Assembly (NCBI GenBank): GCA_039621445.1
Contig: CP154954.1
Span: forward strand, 25,370,954 to 25,434,953
Length of the DNA stretch: 64,000 nt
Source of the DNA: Euglena gracilis
Lineage: Eukaryota
Reading direction: 5' to 3'
In this document: piece after piece, positions 59,981 through 64,000 of the stretch
Position numbering within the stretch: position 1 is the first letter of the stretch
How the letters are laid out: each line of letters begins with the position of its first letter
The notes under the pieces: generated by a model
What the model saw: the letters and a program-made list of their open reading frames with translations, nothing else
The model's database searches: none
Told to the model about the DNA's origin: nothing
Program-made: the position numbers and the translations under genes

Positions 59981-60610
59981 AACACCCCCTCCGACGTTGG
60001 TGTCGTTGGCCCCTTCACGCTCTTAGCATGCAAACTTGGACCCCCAAGGTTGGCCCCCCAGGCTTCCTTTCAATCATGGCCCGGGCCAAGCGCCCCCCGG
60101 GGGGGGGGGGGTATAGCATTGGTTTTGGAGAGCAACGCAGGTTTGGTCGAGATGTTTTTTTTGTGGAAGTGGCCCAAGGGCGTATTTAGGTGTGTGCCCC
60201 CAGCCCCTCTAGGCTGCAATGCCGTGGGGGTTCCACCGTGTCGCCCATGTTGGCCCCTCCTGTAGCTCTGCAGTGCCTTGTGCAGCGTCCTGTCCCCCCC
60301 TCCCTCGCCCCTCACGGTGCGTAGGCTTGCGCTGGTTGGCATTGCTTGCCAACCTGCTCGCAGGCTGTGTCGGCCCGCATTTTGGAGGTTCTTTTCTTTA
60401 AGTTTTATGAAAATGGGCTTTCTGGGCTTCAGACGCTTTCAGCCCCAAAAGGCGCCTTGGCCGATGTGCTACCCCCCCCCCCCTTGGGGGCGCAAAGCGC
60501 CGGGATGGTGAAAATTTTACCTGAAAACATACCGAAAACCCCATTTCAGACACAAAAATGAAGAAATTTGTAAGATTTTCAGATTTTTGAAGTGCAAAAA
60601 AAACATGGTA

Positions 60611-60880
60611 CCCGCCCCCCCCCCCCCTAGTCGTACGACCACCCCTCATTTACGACCACCCCCCGGTCACAGGTTGCAGGTCATGGGGGTGTTACGACCA
60701 CACACCCCGGTCACAGGTTGCAGGTTGCGAAAAATGTAACACCACCTTACCTACGACCGCCCCCTCATTTATGACCACCCCCCGGTCACAGGTTGCAGGT
60801 TATGGGGCGTTACGACTACCCCCCCCCCGGTCACAGGTTGCAGGAACCCGGTCGTACGACAAGGGGGGGGGGGGGGCGGG
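60611..60880. mobile_element. MITE family B, best-preserved copy
   Basis: TA|CCCGCCCC..TAGTCGTACGACC ... GGTCGTACGACAAGGG..GCGGG|TA. The homologous host repeat at ~55560 lacks the insert. Confidence 0.9.
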
Positions 60881-63800
60881 TAAATGTCAATTTATACCAA
60901 TATACACATGACGTGAAGTGCCAAAGGATATTTTTTGATGTTTTTTAGGAACCTGGAAAATTTTCAGGCCCCAATCCAAAAATAGGAGCCCCCAAAATAA
61001 GACCCCCCTGGAGGTTTGCAGCAACAGACCCGAAAAATAAGACCCGGGTTTTTTGGGGGGGTTTACCCCCAGGAGGTTGGGTCTGGGTGCCTTTGAATGC
61101 CTGCCCAGGCAGGTACCCCCTCCCCCCCCCGGGTGGGGTTGACCTCACCTTGAAATTCAGCTTGGGGCTGGATTAGCAACATCCCCATTGGTGGGGGGGG
61201 TGCCTTGGCTGGGCTGGGCCGAAATTGGGATACCTTTTTTTATTTCTTCCTCCTTTTTAATTATAAATTTCCCCAAAAAAATTATAAATTAAAAGGAGGA
61301 AGAAATTCCTTTTTTGAATCCCCCATTTTTTTTGTTTCTCATTAGATTTTCTTTTTACAAGAGGGGGTCCAGACCAGGGGTTTTTTTAAAGGTTGGACCC
61401 CGGTGGGGAGGGGATAAGGTGGGTGGGTTTGCCAGACAATCTCCCGGCCTGACGCCTCTCACCGCCTTTCACCGCCTGGGGGGTACTCCAAGGGCCTCGT
61501 GGGCCCCTTCCAGAGGCGGGGGTTTGGGCCATTGTCGCTTTTTTTTTTTTACCCTAAAAGTGACCCCCCCCAAAAAATGGTTCCCCTCAACCCCCCCCCC
61601 CGAGTGTACCCCCTGGCTGGGTGGGTTGGGACTCCCCTCCCCCCCTTGGCCTTAAAAAAATCTCTTGTTGGGGCTTAGGGCTCATTGAACCTCCGATTTG
61701 TTTCCCCAGCCTTCTGGCCTATCCCACAGTGTCAGGTCTTGATTGGCACCGCCAATGAGGTGCTTTCCCCGCTGGGTCTCTTGTGGGCAGGGTTGCTGCG
61801 ATACCGATGGGTCGAGACCTGACCGGCGGATGGATGGATGGGACGGCCGCGTGCCTGGGTCATTTTCTGTCACACCCAAAACGAGCTGGAGGTCAACCCA
61901 GTCACAGTGAGTTGTTAAAAGCAATGTCTGTATGTTTGCTCGGGGAAATGCTGAACAGATAATGTGATCGAAAACCATATGGCATAAACTTGATGAATAT
62001 GCTTCTTTTGAAACAACACTTTTTTTTAAGAATGACATAACATGAGTAGCAAGCAGAAAAACAGAAAATAAAATGGGAAATGCAATGTTGAAAAAGGGCA
62101 TGGAGTGGTTCAACGATTCGCTACATGAGACTGTCCTTCAACAACGAATGCCAGTTGGCGTCCCAGAAACGTGTGCTTGACGCGGGAGGGGGTAGCAAAT
62201 ACATATTGTGCCTTGGACAAGGGGGGACAACTAATTCACAATGTTTTCCCGGGCTTTCCCCCTACAGATTTTGTCCCCAGCGACCAGACCCCGCCAGAGG
62301 GGACCATGATGGGAAGCGTTGGTTGAGTGGTGGATTCTCGTATTTCCTAAAATACGGGGGGAGAGTCCCACTGGCTGGCTGCCTCCCCCCCACGCAACCA
62401 GGGTGGTCCTATCAGCAGCCAGCGGTGATTCCCCACACCGTTTTCCCCCCCAAGCCCAATAAACGCCTTGCCCGATGAACAGGGGGTGTTCGGACCGTCC
62501 AGATTGTCACCATATAAACCCCCCTCCCAAATAACACCCCCCCTTGGTGTGTTATTTGGGCACCCAAGTTTGGGAACTGGGGCCCCAGGGGGGGGGGTGT
62601 TATTTGGGGGGGTGCGTTATTCTTACATGGAAAACCAAAGGAAAACAGGGGGGGTGTTATTTGGGAGGGGGTTTTACCTTATCCAACCCGCCCCCCAAAT
62701 AGGACCCCCCAAAAAATACCCCCCCCCTGGGCCGATCGAACAAAAATCCAAAAATAAGACCCCCCCCTTACGGCGCGAAGCGCCGGAGATGGTGAAAATT
62801 TTCCCTGAAAAATTACCAAAAACCTCATGAGGGACATCACTGCCAACCGCTTTCCGTCGAACTTGATGGAAAATGCCCTGCGAGGTGCATGCCCGAATGA
62901 TGTGTCGGTGGTTCTTTGCGCAAAGTTGAAACACTTCTTGCAACTCAGCTTCCAATCGGTGAAGTCATTGCAACCCGTTGGGGGACGTCGCAACCGTTGC
63001 GTTGCGCTGGCGGGCGGCCCCACAACACACCCGTTCCAAAACCGCTGGCACATGACTCATACGGGCGTGGGCGCCACTCTCCGCCTGACCAAAGGCCTCC
63101 CGCCCATTTCCACTCGCCCTTCGCCGACTGCCTCAGCTCGGAAGTTTCGTCCTTTACATTCACCTGGGACGTTTCCCAAGGGGGGTTGGCCTTTTTGTCC
63201 CCAGTTCACTCATCTTGGCTATCTGGGGTCAGCCTACTTTTTTTCCCAAGGTTTGCACGTGGGCGGGTTGGTTCGAGTTTTGGTGGGGAGACACACCCAG
63301 GGGGGGGGGGTGATGATCCAGGTTTTAAAAACTTTGGGTGGCTTTTGGTGGAGTGGATGGGTGTGGGAAGGTGGCAGGTGGCCTGCCTTGTGGAACTGCC
63401 CCTTCCCCGCTGAGGGCATCACCCATATGAATCTCTGGTCCCCTCCGCGGCTTTCGACCGGGAGGCCCTCCCTGCTGGGTTGCCTCGCTGCCGTCAGTGC
63501 CGCGGAGGGTGGATCTCTCCCGCCACCTGTGACAGCCCGTCGCCTGCATCTGAACAAAATGTTGCTTGAAACTTATTTCATTTGTCTATTTGTTCATTTT
63601 CAAGGGGGGATTGGAGGTGTGTAATAGGAGGTGATGAGATGATTCATTTCTATATCCCCCCATTTCGCAGGTTTTAGCTGTTTCCCAGGTTTGCCGGCTT
63701 CTGGTTTGCTTTGACTTTCTTTTTCTTCACATTTTCCTGGGATTTCAAGTATTTGACATATTTAACTATCCTGATTGCTGAATGGCTTGAGAGAGTTAAC

Positions 63801-64000
63801 AAAAGTATGCCACAATGGAGTCTGTTTCGATCCGCAAGGCAAGCTGTGTGGCTGGCCGTTCCACTTTCGCCGCCAATGCTACCGGTCTGCAGCACCAGGC
63901 GCACCGTCAGGCAGGCACGGTGGCGGCCTGGCCCAGGTCTTGCGACCCCGTCCAGGGGCACCCGCTGCAGGCGACCCCGCCCCCCACGTCGTGACCTTGC

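Noticed and set aside
60611-60880. CRISPR-like spaced repeats (GGTCACAGGTTGCAGG)
   Set aside because: The spacers are related to each other, the unit is bounded by TIRs and TA, no cas genes are present, and the context is eukaryotic.
62827-63624. 265-aa ORF (also the 250-aa ORF at 20032)
   Set aside because: No recognisable motifs; both run through repeat or low-complexity sequence.

Overview
Repeat-dense eukaryotic nuclear DNA, not prokaryotic. A euglenid (Euglena-like) source is inferred from GC-rich micro-exons, GT..AG introns with C-rich tracts, AG acceptors just upstream of start codons and dense small transposons; this is not proven. Most ORFs in the track are spurious. Supported content: (1) a ~2.19-kb tandem array (1147-9638) running into a dead APE-type non-LTR retrotransposon; (2) two divergent, apparently paralogous multi-exon genes starting MGC (from 11336 and 39084) plus a possible third 5' exon; (3) a ~3.95-kb DNA transposon (33439-37391) with palindromic TIRs, a 6-7-bp TSD and a decayed unusual DDE-like transposase; (4) many MITEs, often nested, of two types: CAG..CTG ends with 8-bp TSD, and C-rich/G-rich ends with TA TSD; (5) Tc1 and possible hAT remnants, a TIR element carrying a SAM-like fragment, and long microsatellites. 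Main hypothesis: the CAG..CTG, 8-bp-TSD MITEs have the geometry needed to generate euglenid non-conventional introns. All calls are by eye; no searches were run.
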